Below are positions 1 through 10,096 of a stretch of DNA of 64,000 nucleotides, in pieces. The notes under the pieces were generated by a model. That model was not told the DNA's origin. It did no database searches and was given only the letters and a program-made list of their open reading frames with translations. Positions within the stretch are counted from its first letter, which is position 1. Each line of letters starts with the position of its first letter. The translations under genes and the position numbers were made by a program. Source of the stretch: an uncultured Arcanobacterium sp. (GTDB lineage Bacteria > Actinomycetota > Actinomycetes > Actinomycetales > Actinomycetaceae); NCBI GenBank assembly GCA_964403015.1, contig CAYOEJ010000005.1:5609-69608 (forward strand), given 5' to 3'.

Positions 1-277
1 GTTGAAGCACGCGAGAATCGCGTATGGTCAAGCCGGCATGAGCAACAATGACGACCTCTTCGCGATCTACAGTGTCGGCAAGCACACGGCCGAGAACTTC
101 TTCGGCAAGACCTTCACCGTAGATTGGGGAGACATCGACGACGTTACCTCCGTGGTCCAGCAACGCGCTGAGCATGCGCTTTGCTTCGCCCTCATCAGTA
201 TCTCGGCCCCATGTGAGGGTGCCAAGTCCGAGTTGGCCAACCACGAGGCCCGATCTTCCGACATTGGTGTGCTTCAC
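1..277 (-). CDS. aldo/keto reductase family oxidoreductase, N-terminal part (gene runs off the left edge)
   Basis: Absent from the ORF track (edge-truncated, GTG start at 277). My minus-strand translation is VKHTNVGRSGLVVGQLGLGTLTWGRDTDEGEAKRMLSALLDHGGNVVDVSPIYGEGLAEEVLGRVLAD..., a typical AKR N-terminus. Track ORFs 2..418(+) and 67..264(-) are other frames of the same DNA. Confidence 0.6.
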   Translation of the reverse strand, partial: MKHTNVGRSGLVVGQLGLGTLTWGRDTDEGEAKRMLSALLDHGGNVVDVSPIYGEGLAEEVLGRVLADTVDREEVVIVAHAGLTIRDSRVLQ

Positions 278-323
278 ATTCCAGAGCCTAACCCACCCGG
301 GCGGTCAGATGTAGGGTTGACGC

Positions 324-1166
324 GTGGGCATACTAGAAGCAATTATCCTCGGCATAGTTCAGGGTCTGACCGAGTTTCTGCCAATTTCCTCTTCGGCACA
401 CCTGCGTATTGTGGGTGATCTATTCCCTAACCTCGGCGACCCTGGAGTCACCTTTACTGCTGTGACACAGATAGGTACCGAGGCCGCCGTCGTCATCTAT
501 TTCTGGCGTGACATCAAGAGAATCATTGCCAAATGGTTCCAAGCGCTTCCCTTCGGTCCGTGGAAGAATCGTGTGCCCACGGATGATCCAGATGTGCGTA
601 TGGGGTGGATTGTCATTATCGGCTCGATCCCCATAGTCGTACTCGGACTACTGTTCGAAGATGCTATCGATTCGGTGTTCAGGAATCTCTATCTCACCGC
701 CTTGATGCTCGCGCTTTTTGCGGTCATCCTCGGCTTGGCAGATCGATTTGGGGCACGAAAGAAGCCCCTTGAATCCATGACACTTCGCGACGGTCTCATT
801 TTGGGCTTCGCACAGTCAATGGCTCTTGTTCCCGGCGTGTCACGCTCGGGCGGCACGATCACGGTTGGTCTCCTTCTCGGTTACACGCGCTCCGCCGCCG
901 CACGCGTATCTTTCCTGCTGGCTATTCCAGCAGTGCTTGGTTCTGGTTTCTATCGTTTGTTTACCGACGACGGCACCGGCCCCCAAGTCGGTGCGCTTCC
1001 TCTTCTTGCAGCTACGGCGACAGCCTTTGTGGTGGGCTACGCTGTGATCGTCTGGTTCTTGAAGTTGGTCGAGACTCGCTCATACATGCCATTTGTTATT
1101 TACCGTCTACTCCTTGCCGGAGTAGTGGTCGTCCTTCTTGGTCAAGGCCTACTTTCCGTTTACTAG
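324..1166 (+). CDS. uppP: undecaprenyl-diphosphate phosphatase
   Basis: 280-aa polytopic ORF with a GTG start. The N-terminal GIVQGLTEFLPISSSAHL is the UppP/BacA signature. Confidence 0.9.
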   Translation: MGILEAIILGIVQGLTEFLPISSSAHLRIVGDLFPNLGDPGVTFTAVTQIGTEAAVVIYFWRDIKRIIAKWFQALPFGPWKNRVPTDDPDVRMGWIVIIGSIPIVVLGLLFEDAIDSVFRNLYLTALMLALFAVILGLADRFGARKKPLESMTLRDGLILGFAQSMALVPGVSRSGGTITVGLLLGYTRSAAARVSFLLAIPAVLGSGFYRLFTDDGTGPQVGALPLLAATATAFVVGYAVIVWFLKLVETRSYMPFVIYRLLLAGVVVVLLGQGLLSVY

Positions 1167-1173
1167 GAGTCTT

Positions 1174-2412
1174 ATGCGCACCTGGCACCAGCCTCGCATC
1201 CCCGAACTACCGGGCAACCCGCCGCCGCTTCAGATGTTCGATTCGGCAACGCGAGAGTTAAAAATCCACAATGAGGAAGATCTGCGACTGTGGATTTGCG
1301 GCATTACTCCCTATGACGCGACGCATCTGGGACATGCCTTTACCTACGTTTCTTTCGACACGCTCGCGCGAGTGTGGTCAGATGGCGGGCGTCCGCTCTA
1401 CATGGCATCGAACATTACCGATATGGATGACCCGCTCTATGAACGAGCAGAGCAGACCGGCGTCGACTGGCTTGAACTGGCTCATGATCAAACTGAGCTC
1501 TTCCGAACGGATATGGAAGCACTGGCTGTCCTCCCACCGGACGTGTGGCAGGCAGTATCCGAGATACTCGATCCGCTCGAGGATCTGATTCGTCGAATGG
1601 AAGCAAATGGGCTCGCATATCGAGTCGCCGGCGAGGATGGCGACGAGTATGTCTACGCTGATCTCGGCTCGGATGCTGAATTTGCATCCGCTCCTGTGTT
1701 TAAGGATATGGACCTTATCGCTGAGTTTGATGAGCACGGGGGAGACTCGGAGAAAGAGGGGAAGAAGCATCCCTTAGATCCCCAACTATGGAAGGGCGTG
1801 CGCGGGCAAGATTATCGCCCCGCCGGTCTTAAGCCCGGGGCGTGGCGGCCCGGTTGGCACATCGAATGTGCGCTCATGGCGCTTCAGAATTTGGGTCGGA
1901 TCGACGTCCAAGCTGGCGGTTCGGATCTTCTCTTCCCACACCACGAAATGAGCGAACACCACATGCGTGAGCTCACTGACGGCACGAGTGAGGTCGCTAT
2001 CCACGCCCATAGTGGCATGGTGGGATACGAGGGCGAAAAAATGAGCAAGTCCCTTGGGAATCTGGTCCTTGTTTCGAAACTACGCGAAAGTGTAGATCCA
2101 CGCGCGATCCGCCTAGCCCTTCTCAGCAATCATTACCGCTCCGATTGGGAGTACTCGGATGAGCTACTTGCAGCCGCCAAAGAACGTCTTACTCGCTGGA
2201 CCGAAGCTGTCGATGCACACATTGGTGGCGATCAGGAGGTAGGCCAGAGGCTTCTGGCAGACCTAAGGGAGGCTCTGAGCCACGACCTAGATACTCCGCG
2301 CGCACTCGAACTGGTGGACGCCTGCCTCCGGCATGTCGAAGCATGGGCAAGCGAAGATGACAGGGTACTCGTCAAAGATTCGATTAATGCTCTTCTTGGA
2401 GTCGCCCTATGA
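1174..2412 (+). CDS. mshC: cysteine:1D-myo-inosityl 2-amino-2-deoxy-alpha-D-glucopyranoside ligase (MshC-like, CysRS paralogue)
   Basis: Class I ligase motifs THLGHAFTY (HIGH-type), GWHIEC and KMSKSLGN. About 412 aa without a long anticodon-binding tail. I trimmed the track start 1138 to ATG 1174, which follows AGGAG at 1165-1169 and avoids overlap with uppP. Confidence 0.75.
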   Translation: MRTWHQPRIPELPGNPPPLQMFDSATRELKIHNEEDLRLWICGITPYDATHLGHAFTYVSFDTLARVWSDGGRPLYMASNITDMDDPLYERAEQTGVDWLELAHDQTELFRTDMEALAVLPPDVWQAVSEILDPLEDLIRRMEANGLAYRVAGEDGDEYVYADLGSDAEFASAPVFKDMDLIAEFDEHGGDSEKEGKKHPLDPQLWKGVRGQDYRPAGLKPGAWRPGWHIECALMALQNLGRIDVQAGGSDLLFPHHEMSEHHMRELTDGTSEVAIHAHSGMVGYEGEKMSKSLGNLVLVSKLRESVDPRAIRLALLSNHYRSDWEYSDELLAAAKERLTRWTEAVDAHIGGDQEVGQRLLADLREALSHDLDTPRALELVDACLRHVEAWASEDDRVLVKDSINALLGVAL

Positions 2413-3056
2413 TGCCCGAGGCAGTGCTCTTCGATATGGATGGAACCCTCACGGACACTGAAAAGCTCTGGTTTGAAGCCGAGGAAGCGGTTTTCGCGGA
2501 CCTCGGATGCACGTGGCAAGACGGCGATCAGCAGGAAATCATTGGGATGGCCATCCAAAACTCCACTGCACTTCTCGTCAAGAAGTTCGATCTTACGATT
2601 TCACCGGAAGAGCTCGCTGATCTGTTAATTAATCGAGTCGTCCATATTGCAAAGGCAGGCGGAATGCCGTGGCGACCCGGTGCCAAGGAAATTCTCCAGA
2701 ACCTCACTTCTTGGGGTATACCTACGGCGCTGGTGACGTCGTCGTACAAACCATTCGCCGATCTTGCACTAGCTAACGCCCCGCAAGGAGCCCTGACTGT
2801 CTCGGTCACCGGCGATCGCGTAGCGAAGGGTAAGCCGGATCCTGAACCCTATCTGACGGCTGCTGATGAGCTTGGAGTGAATATCAGAGCCTGTGTCGCA
2901 TTCGAAGATTCCGGTCCCGGATTGACGTCCGCTTACAGGTCGGGTGCGAAGGCGATCGGTATTCCTTTCCAAGTTGAACTGCCAGTTTTTGATGGAGCGT
3001 TGTACATTGACTCGCTCGAGGGTGTGGACCGAGAGTTTTTCGACTCTTTGTTCTAG
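2409..3056 (+). CDS. HAD-superfamily hydrolase (beta-phosphoglucomutase-like subfamily)
   Basis: Motif I DMDGTLTDTE, motif II VTSS, GKPDPEPY and FEDSGPG. The start overlaps the mshC stop (ATGA). Confidence 0.8.
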   Translation: MMPEAVLFDMDGTLTDTEKLWFEAEEAVFADLGCTWQDGDQQEIIGMAIQNSTALLVKKFDLTISPEELADLLINRVVHIAKAGGMPWRPGAKEILQNLTSWGIPTALVTSSYKPFADLALANAPQGALTVSVTGDRVAKGKPDPEPYLTAADELGVNIRACVAFEDSGPGLTSAYRSGAKAIGIPFQVELPVFDGALYIDSLEGVDREFFDSLF

Positions 3057-3065
3057 TTGGATAGG

Positions 3066-3899
3066 TCAGGACTGTGGTCGCTGCGCCGTAAGGAGTTTGT
3101 CGATTCCTTCCTCACTGATTGCTGGAGACTCATTGTTGAAGGCCGGACAGATGTCTTTAAAATGGCACCAGTCGCACAGGCGGCTTGGGCGCGGTTCAAA
3201 ATGCCGAGCATCGATTCGCGAGCGAATTCCGGACCAAATCTCGTCGATTTCGCGCGAGACAGACGTGACGTCGTCTGGCACCGGATCGTAGGTGAGAATG
3301 CGGCCGTCCCCAAGATAGATGAGCTGGGTGCGCGCCGGTAGTTTTGCTTGCGTGTACCAGATTGCTGCCGCATAAAACCGCATCTGGAATATTGCCTCGC
3401 CCTGGTAACGAGGATTGGGAGACTTGCCGGTCTTGTAATCAACCACTCGCAGGTCACCATTGGGGGCCTCATCCACGCGGTCGATGATGCCCCTAATTGC
3501 GAGGCCAGAAGGCAAAGTCGCGTTGACAAAACCTTCGCGTACTGAGGGCTGAAGGAACTGTGGATTCTCAAGACGAAAGTAGTTCGAAATGAGTGGGCGT
3601 GCGCTTTCGAGCCAATCGATACGATCCTGCTCGGTTTCGAAAAGCTGGGGAGCCTCCGGGTGCTGTTCAACATGCGATTGCCACTGAGGTTCAAGCAGGT
3701 CCTGAGCACGGAGCTCTGTTCGTTCGAGCGGTGGAGCATCATAAAGATGCTCGAGTACAGAATGGACGATCGTTCCCTTAAGCGCAGCTAAGGACGGTGG
3801 TTCGGGTAGCCGATCGATTGTCCGGTAGCGGAACTTCAACGGGCATTGACGAAAGTCATTGGCTCGAGACGGAGAGATCGCGGCATGTCTGCTAATCAT
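3066..3899 (-). CDS. RecB-family PD-(D/E)XK nuclease with Cas4-like four-cysteine cluster
   Basis: 277 aa. One N-terminal Cys (FRQCPLKFRY) plus C-terminal CDWCHFKDIC gives the C...CxxC...C pattern of Cas4/AddB-type Fe-S nucleases. Central IIDRVD...DYKTGK looks like the PD-(D/E)XK core. Confidence 0.7.
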   Translation of the reverse strand: MISRHAAISPSRANDFRQCPLKFRYRTIDRLPEPPSLAALKGTIVHSVLEHLYDAPPLERTELRAQDLLEPQWQSHVEQHPEAPQLFETEQDRIDWLESARPLISNYFRLENPQFLQPSVREGFVNATLPSGLAIRGIIDRVDEAPNGDLRVVDYKTGKSPNPRYQGEAIFQMRFYAAAIWYTQAKLPARTQLIYLGDGRILTYDPVPDDVTSVSREIDEIWSGIRSRIDARHFEPRPSRLCDWCHFKDICPAFNNESPAISEEGIDKLLTAQRPQS

Positions 3900-4104
3900 G
3901 AGACCACACTATCGCGCCGCTCCCACAGGTTTCTTGGCTCCTCCACAGCGCGATGAGGCCTATTTGGTTTGAGACCAGTAATTAGTCTCTTCTGTGCACA
4001 TCGACTCGCCGAATCGCATGTATTCGTGTCTAACCCGCCACGTTTGTGAGGCGGAGTCATCTAGGCCATAACGGTAGCTCAACATTTTCCGTAAGATTGA
4101 TCAA

Positions 4105-5214
4105 ATGAGTAGCTATCCCCATCCTCTTGGAGCAGACCGTCGCCGTGGGCCGTTTCGCGCCGGTGAACGCGTCCAGTTGACCGACACCAAAGGCCGCAAG
4201 TACACCGTCATGTTGACCGAGGATGGCTACTTCCAATCACAGCGTGGGAACGTTCGCCATCGAGACCTCATTGGCAAAGACGAGGGGCTCGTCTTTGAAA
4301 CTGAGTCGGGCCACCGCATGCAGGCGCTCCGGCCACTTGTCAATGACTACGTGCTGTCAATGCCCCGCGGTGCAACCGTGGTGTATCCGAAGGATGCTGG
4401 CCAGATCGTTCAGCAGGCAGATATTTTTCCCGGTGCTCGCGTTGTGGAGGCTGGGCTCGGTTCGGGAGCCTTGGCGCTATCTTTGCTGGCGGCGGTAGGT
4501 CCGAGTGGCCACCTTACCTCCGTGGAACGACGTCCTGAATTTGCGGAGATCGCACAGGCCAACGTGCACTCGTGGTACGGCCCTGATCTGCCGCCATGGG
4601 ATGTGCGGCTGGGCGATTTAGACGACGTTCTCGACAGCCTCGATGAAGGCTCTATCGACACGGTAGTGCTTGACATGCTCGCTCCATGGGAAAACATCGC
4701 ATCTGCGGCGCGTGCCTTGCGGTCGGGTGGCGTCATTATTGCCTACGTCGCGACTACCACGCAGATGTCCAGATTCGTTGAGGAATTGCGCGACGCCCAA
4801 GGATTCACGGAACCCGAATCGTCTGAAACTTTCATTCGAACGTGGCACTTGGACGGACTCGCTGTTCGCCCTGACCATCGCATGGTGGCTCACACCGGTT
4901 TCCTAGTTGTCGCGCGGCGCATCGCGCGAGACTCAACACCGCTTATTCCTAAGCGCAGACCTGCTCCCGCAGCGCATTCTGAGCCGTTCGCTTGGGAAGG
5001 CGAAGAGTTTTCTGAACGCACGATCTCGGAGAAGAAACTTCGCAAGGTCCGGCGAGATGTCGCACACCGGTCCGACGTCGAAGTGTCGGGAACGTCGGAG
5101 CCAGGCGTCAGCACTCAAGCTATGCAGGACAAACTCGATGCCGAAAGCCGTGCGAAGGCAGAAGCTCGATACGCGCAAAGAAGGGCTCAACGCGAGGGGG
5201 TAGATGAAGCATGA
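4105..5214 (+). CDS. trmI: tRNA (adenine58-N1)-methyltransferase TrmI with a charged C-terminal extension
   Basis: GCD14/TrmI-like sequence with SAM motif VVEAGLGSGALALSL. It sits directly upstream of arc, as in other actinobacteria. The last ~90 aa are Lys/Arg/Glu-rich. Confidence 0.8.
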   Translation: MSSYPHPLGADRRRGPFRAGERVQLTDTKGRKYTVMLTEDGYFQSQRGNVRHRDLIGKDEGLVFETESGHRMQALRPLVNDYVLSMPRGATVVYPKDAGQIVQQADIFPGARVVEAGLGSGALALSLLAAVGPSGHLTSVERRPEFAEIAQANVHSWYGPDLPPWDVRLGDLDDVLDSLDEGSIDTVVLDMLAPWENIASAARALRSGGVIIAYVATTTQMSRFVEELRDAQGFTEPESSETFIRTWHLDGLAVRPDHRMVAHTGFLVVARRIARDSTPLIPKRRPAPAAHSEPFAWEGEEFSERTISEKKLRKVRRDVAHRSDVEVSGTSEPGVSTQAMQDKLDAESRAKAEARYAQRRAQREGVDEA

Positions 5215-6920
5215 GCGACCAACAGGGTGAAATCTTTGGATTACAATCACTCGTCTCGTCATTGGAGGAGAAGAATGATCGGCTAGCCAAGGCCCTCCAA
5301 GAATCGCGACAGCGAATTAAGGAGCTCGGAACACAGGTCGAGTCGCTTTCTCAGCCACCTGGTTCGCACGGAACATTCTTGAGTGCGAACCACGAAGACC
5401 ACACTGTCACCGCGCTCGTCGGTGGTCGTAAGATGATTCTTTCTGCGGCCACGTGGGTTGCTCTTGGAACGATACGAGCCGGCCAAGAGTTAATTCTCAA
5501 CGAGCAGCTGGTAGTCATTGGTGTGGCCAGCTATGAACGTACGGGTGAGATCGTCACGGTCGAATTGGTGATTGACCGCGAGCGCGTGCTGGTCAAGGTT
5601 CATGCCGACGACGAACGGGTGCTGCGGCTCTCCGGTCGGCTCCAGGACCAGTCGGTCCGAGTTGGCGACATGGTGCTTGCGGATCTCAAGGCGGGCTTTG
5701 CACTTGAACCGGTTGAACGCCCAGACGTCGAGCACCTTCTGCTCGAAGAAGTTCCTGACGTGTCCTACTCAGACATCGGCGGACTCGGGCCACAAATCGA
5801 GCAGATCCGAGACAGCGTTGAGCTTCCATTCGAGCAACCTGATCTGTACCGCGAACACGGCCTCAAACCGCCCAAGGGGGTGCTCCTCTATGGGCCTCCA
5901 GGTTGCGGTAAGACCTTGATTGCACGCGCGGTGGCCACATCACTTTCGCAGAAGATGTCCGACGGCGAATCCCAGCGGTCCTACTTCCTTAATATCAAGG
6001 GTCCGCAACTCTTGGATAAGTATGTGGGTGAAACAGAGCGCCAAATTCGTGAGATCTTTTCCCGGGCTCGCGACAGGGCAGCCAACGGCATTCCGGTTGT
6101 CATCTTCTTCGACGAGATGGAAGCGCTCTTCCGCACCCGAGGATCGGGCGTCTCATCCGACGTCGAGACCACGGTTGTGCCGCAGCTGCTTGCAGAGATT
6201 GACGGAGTCGAGCAACTCGACAACGTCATCGTGATTGGCGCCTCCAACCGTGAAGACATGATTGACCCCGCGATTCTTCGCCCTGGGCGACTCGACGTGA
6301 AGATCCGTATTGAGCGGCCCACGCGAGACGGATCCCTGGATATTTTGCTCAAGTACCTACATCCGGAGCTCCCAATTCATGTTGCCGAGCTCAGTCAGCA
6401 TGGCAACGCGAAGGCCGCCGTGCGGGCGATGGCTGAAGAGACGGTGGAAGCACTGTATGCGAGGACACCAAAGAATCAGTTTGTCGAGGTGTCATATACC
6501 GACGGCGAATCTGAGATGCTGTACGTTTCAGATTTCGTTTCCGGAGCCATGCTCGCTGCGATAGTAGATCGCGCGAAGAAACTTGCAATCAAAGATCTTC
6601 TTGCCACGGGTGAGCGCGGAATCCGGACGCGACACCTTCTGGCCGCTCTTGCGGAAGAAACCCGCGAGAACGAAGACCTTTCTAACATCACTAACCCCGA
6701 TGAATGGGCGCGCGTTAATGGACGTGGCCGTGGCAAGCGAGTCACCTTCGTCAAACCGATGGTCGGAAGGTCGATTCCTGAAGAAGGCCCGTCGTCGTCC
6801 GACTCGAATGTTCCGCTCGACTCGCATTCCGGACATGACCAGCGCGCCACAAAACCCACACCTATGGATGAACGCAACATTCGCGACTGGAGCGACGTGG
6901 TTCGAGAGGGACTGATATGA
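5211..6920 (+). CDS. arc: AAA+ ATPase ARC (Mpa homologue)
   Basis: N-terminal coiled coil, Walker A GPPGCGKT, Walker B VIFFDEMEA. Located immediately upstream of dop-pup. The start overlaps the trmI stop. Confidence 0.9.
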   Translation: MSDQQGEIFGLQSLVSSLEEKNDRLAKALQESRQRIKELGTQVESLSQPPGSHGTFLSANHEDHTVTALVGGRKMILSAATWVALGTIRAGQELILNEQLVVIGVASYERTGEIVTVELVIDRERVLVKVHADDERVLRLSGRLQDQSVRVGDMVLADLKAGFALEPVERPDVEHLLLEEVPDVSYSDIGGLGPQIEQIRDSVELPFEQPDLYREHGLKPPKGVLLYGPPGCGKTLIARAVATSLSQKMSDGESQRSYFLNIKGPQLLDKYVGETERQIREIFSRARDRAANGIPVVIFFDEMEALFRTRGSGVSSDVETTVVPQLLAEIDGVEQLDNVIVIGASNREDMIDPAILRPGRLDVKIRIERPTRDGSLDILLKYLHPELPIHVAELSQHGNAKAAVRAMAEETVEALYARTPKNQFVEVSYTDGESEMLYVSDFVSGAMLAAIVDRAKKLAIKDLLATGERGIRTRHLLAALAEETRENEDLSNITNPDEWARVNGRGRGKRVTFVKPMVGRSIPEEGPSSSDSNVPLDSHSGHDQRATKPTPMDERNIRDWSDVVREGLI

Positions 6921-8512
6921 GCGTAAGAAGGAGCATCGGGCTCGAGACCGAGTTCGGTATCACTGATGTCGCAGATCCCAAGGCCAATGCCATTGGACTG
7001 TCCGCAGAGGTCGTGGACGCGTTTGGCGCGCGGGGGAGCGCATCTGGTGGAGCAGGAGCCGTTCGCTGGGATTATCACGGTGAAGATCCGCTCAACGACG
7101 CCCGCGGATATCGACTCGAAAGAGCTTCGGCTCATCCCTCACTTCTCACGGACGATCCGGAACGCATGGCGCCGTCCGGTGATGCCGGCGTCGCCCTTCA
7201 AGGGGTGCGTCGACCAACCGAAGCCGAGCTTGCGATGCCACGCGCGTCCAATGCGGTTCTTACCAACGGGGCTCGCTACTACGTGGACCATGCTCATCCG
7301 GAGTATTCGGCCCCAGAGGTGATGAATCCCCGCGAAGTAGTGCTATGGGACCGGGCGGGCGAAGAGATTGCTCGTGAATCGATGGATCTCCTTCGCGAGG
7401 TGGGCAGAGACATCGCCATCTACAAAAACAACGTAGATGGCAAGGGTGCAGCCTACGGCACCCACGAAAATTACCTCATGGATCGCAGCGTTGAGTTTAA
7501 CGACGTCATCAGGTACGTGACTCCCTTTTTTGTGACCCGCCCGATCCTGTGTGGTGCGGGACGCCTCGGACTTGGGCCCCATTCGGAAAAGCCTGGTTTC
7601 CAAATCTCCCAGCGAGCAGACTACGTTGAGAACGACGTCGGTCTCGAAACCACCTTTAATCGTCCGATCATAAACACGCGAGACGAACCGCATGCGGAGC
7701 CGAGTCTGTATCGTCGACTCCATGTGATCGGGGGAGACGCCAATCAATTCGATGTATCAAATCTGCTCAAAGTGGGCACCACGTCTCTGGTCCTGTGGTT
7801 GCTTGAACAGGATGCGCTTCCACTAGCCCTAGAATCGCTTATGATCGATGAGCCCGTGGCTGCCACATGGGAGATCTCCCACGATCCCACCCTGACGCGC
7901 AAGATCGACATGCATGACGGCACGTCGCGAAGCGCTATTGAGATTCAGCAGATTTACCTGGATGTGGTGCGGGAAGCTCTTGAGCAGGTAGGCGAGATCG
8001 ACTTCGACACGCAGGAAATTCTTGACCTGTGGCAAGAGGTTCTCGATGCGCTTCGCACCGATATGTTCTCAGTTGCCGGAAAAATTGAGTGGATAGCGAA
8101 GTTCCAGATGATGGATTCATTGCGCCAGCGCGGCGGGCTCTCGTGGGACAACGACAAGCTGCGTGCATTCGATCTTCAGTGGCACGATCTGAGACCCGAG
8201 AAATCAATCGTTAACCGTCTCGACCAGGTCGGCCGCATTGAGCGCATATTCCACCCAGAGCAAGTGCTGTGGGCGACCACGCACGCGCCAGAATCGACCC
8301 GGGCTTACCTTCGCGGCGGGCTCATCCGGAGATTTGCGGGAAATATTGCCGCCGCAGGCTGGGACGGAATCGTCTTGGACGTGCCTGGCTATGACGATCT
8401 CGTTCGAATTCCCACCATGCATCCCCAGCGCGGTACGCGCCGACTCGTTGGCGACATCCTCGAAGGATCGTCCTCGATTGAGGATTTCCTCGTCCGCCTC
8501 ACCACTGCCTAA
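6917..8512 (+). CDS. dop: Pup deamidase/depupylase Dop
   Basis: Pup-ligase/deamidase family N-terminus IGLETEFGI, plus HPEYSAPE and HENYL. It has a long insertion after the first strands (the Dop-type loop). It lies immediately upstream of pup. Confidence 0.8.
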   Translation: MSVRRSIGLETEFGITDVADPKANAIGLSAEVVDAFGARGSASGGAGAVRWDYHGEDPLNDARGYRLERASAHPSLLTDDPERMAPSGDAGVALQGVRRPTEAELAMPRASNAVLTNGARYYVDHAHPEYSAPEVMNPREVVLWDRAGEEIARESMDLLREVGRDIAIYKNNVDGKGAAYGTHENYLMDRSVEFNDVIRYVTPFFVTRPILCGAGRLGLGPHSEKPGFQISQRADYVENDVGLETTFNRPIINTRDEPHAEPSLYRRLHVIGGDANQFDVSNLLKVGTTSLVLWLLEQDALPLALESLMIDEPVAATWEISHDPTLTRKIDMHDGTSRSAIEIQQIYLDVVREALEQVGEIDFDTQEILDLWQEVLDALRTDMFSVAGKIEWIAKFQMMDSLRQRGGLSWDNDKLRAFDLQWHDLRPEKSIVNRLDQVGRIERIFHPEQVLWATTHAPESTRAYLRGGLIRRFAGNIAAAGWDGIVLDVPGYDDLVRIPTMHPQRGTRRLVGDILEGSSSIEDFLVRLTTA

Positions 8513-8537
8513 AACGTTGAACTAGAAGGAGTTAAGA

Positions 8538-8714
8538 ATGTCGAGCCAAGAATTCATGCAGCCTCGCAGACGCGAGGAAGAGCAGATTGAAGACCTGCCA
8601 CAGGCACAGACCCAGTCATTCGATGTCGATAATCTTCTTGACGACATCGATTCCATCCTTGAAACAAACGCCACCTCTTTTGTTCAGGGTTTTGTCCAGA
8701 AGGGCGGCCAGTGA
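8538..8714 (+). CDS. pup: prokaryotic ubiquitin-like protein Pup
   Basis: Not in the ORF track (58 aa). ATG at 8538 follows GAAGGAG. Translation: [58 protein letters not shown]. The product is acidic and looks disordered, with the canonical C-terminal GGQ. Confidence 0.9.
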   Translation: MSSQEFMQPRRREEEQIEDLPQAQTQSFDVDNLLDDIDSILETNATSFVQGFVQKGGQ

Positions 8715-10096
8715 ACAGGCGCATTATCGGCATCGAGACCGAGTATGGTCTTACCTGTGCCTCTTTGCACGGGGGTGTGCCGCCGATGGAAGCGGAGGAT
8801 GCCGCCCAGTACCTGTTTAGCGATGTCCTCGAAAAGACCCGCTCCACCAACATCTTTCTTGCCAACGGCGCACGCCTCTATCTAGATGTGGGCGCCCACC
8901 CTGAGTATGCGACCGCAGAATGCGATGATCTGGGCGACCTATTGGCAAATGACCGCGCTGGGGATGCGATATACGCACACATGGCAGCGGCAGCATCGCA
9001 GGCGATAGCGGGCAAGGATATTCCCGGGCGCCTTCACCTGTTTAAGAACAATGTTGATTCAGCTGGCAACTCGTTCGGATGCCACGAGAACTACCTAGTG
9101 CGTAGAAGACGTGATTTTCGGGCCCGCATTGATTCGCTCATCCCGTTCTTCGTCAGCAGGCAGATTATCGTGGGAGCAGGGCATTTGCGCCGCGAAGGCG
9201 AGTCCGTCACCTACGAGATTTCCCAGCGGGCCGATCAAATGTGGGATGCGGTCTCTGCGGCTTCCACGCGCTCCCGACCGATGATCAATACCCGCGACGA
9301 ACCACACGGGGATGCCGAGCTCTACCGCCGCATGCATGTGATCGTGGGCGATTCAAACATGTCTGAGCCAACCACCTTGCTTAAAGTCGGCTCCACGGAG
9401 GCCATCCTCAACGTCATCGAGAGCGGTGTCCGCTTACCGAACCGAGCCCTCGCTGATCCCATGAAGGCAATCCGCCTCATTTCTCAGGACCTGTCGGGAC
9501 GTGCTCGTGTAGAACTAGCCGATGGATCCTCGATGACCGCTCTGGAGATTCAGCGGGAAGTCCACGAGGTCGTGGTCGAGACCTATCGGAAGAACGACTG
9601 GTTCTCCGCTCTTGACCCCATTCGGACCTACATGTTTGACCTGTGGGAGCGAACGCTGACAGCACTTGAAAATGACAAGCATGACGACGTCGCGACCGAA
9701 ATCGACTGGATTGCCAAGCGCGCTCTTTTGGATCGCTATGTACAGCGCTTAGGAACGGATCTGTCAGATCCCCGCATTGCGCGGCTGGATTTGGCCTGGC
9801 ACGACATCACTGAGAACGGTCTACGGGCCAAGCTCGAGGAATCCGGTGGTCTGCGCCGCGTCATCACTCCTGAACGCGTCGAGAAAGCCATGGGCATCCC
9901 TCCGCAGACCACCAGGGCAAAGCTACGCGGTGATTTCGTTGCTCTTGTCCAGGATTTGCGCCGTGACTACCTCGCGGATTGGATGAATCTCCGGTTGATC
10001 GACGACGCCGGCGCTCGGACTATCGTCTTAAAAGATCCGTTCGCGAGTAGTGATTCTCGAGTTGATGAACTCATGGAGGAAATCGAGAGCGTATGA
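8711..10096 (+). CDS. pafA: Pup--protein ligase PafA
   Basis: [18 protein letters not shown] and HENYL, 461 aa. The GTG start overlaps the pup stop (GTGA). Confidence 0.85.
   Translation: MNRRIIGIETEYGLTCASLHGGVPPMEAEDAAQYLFSDVLEKTRSTNIFLANGARLYLDVGAHPEYATAECDDLGDLLANDRAGDAIYAHMAAAASQAIAGKDIPGRLHLFKNNVDSAGNSFGCHENYLVRRRRDFRARIDSLIPFFVSRQIIVGAGHLRREGESVTYEISQRADQMWDAVSAASTRSRPMINTRDEPHGDAELYRRMHVIVGDSNMSEPTTLLKVGSTEAILNVIESGVRLPNRALADPMKAIRLISQDLSGRARVELADGSSMTALEIQREVHEVVVETYRKNDWFSALDPIRTYMFDLWERTLTALENDKHDDVATEIDWIAKRALLDRYVQRLGTDLSDPRIARLDLAWHDITENGLRAKLEESGGLRRVITPERVEKAMGIPPQTTRAKLRGDFVALVQDLRRDYLADWMNLRLIDDAGARTIVLKDPFASSDSRVDELMEEIESV

Noticed and set aside
2-418. 138-aa plus-strand ORF at the left edge.
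   Set aside because: It overlaps the uppP start. It is antisense to a much better aldo/keto-reductase reading on the minus strand and has no recognisable motifs.
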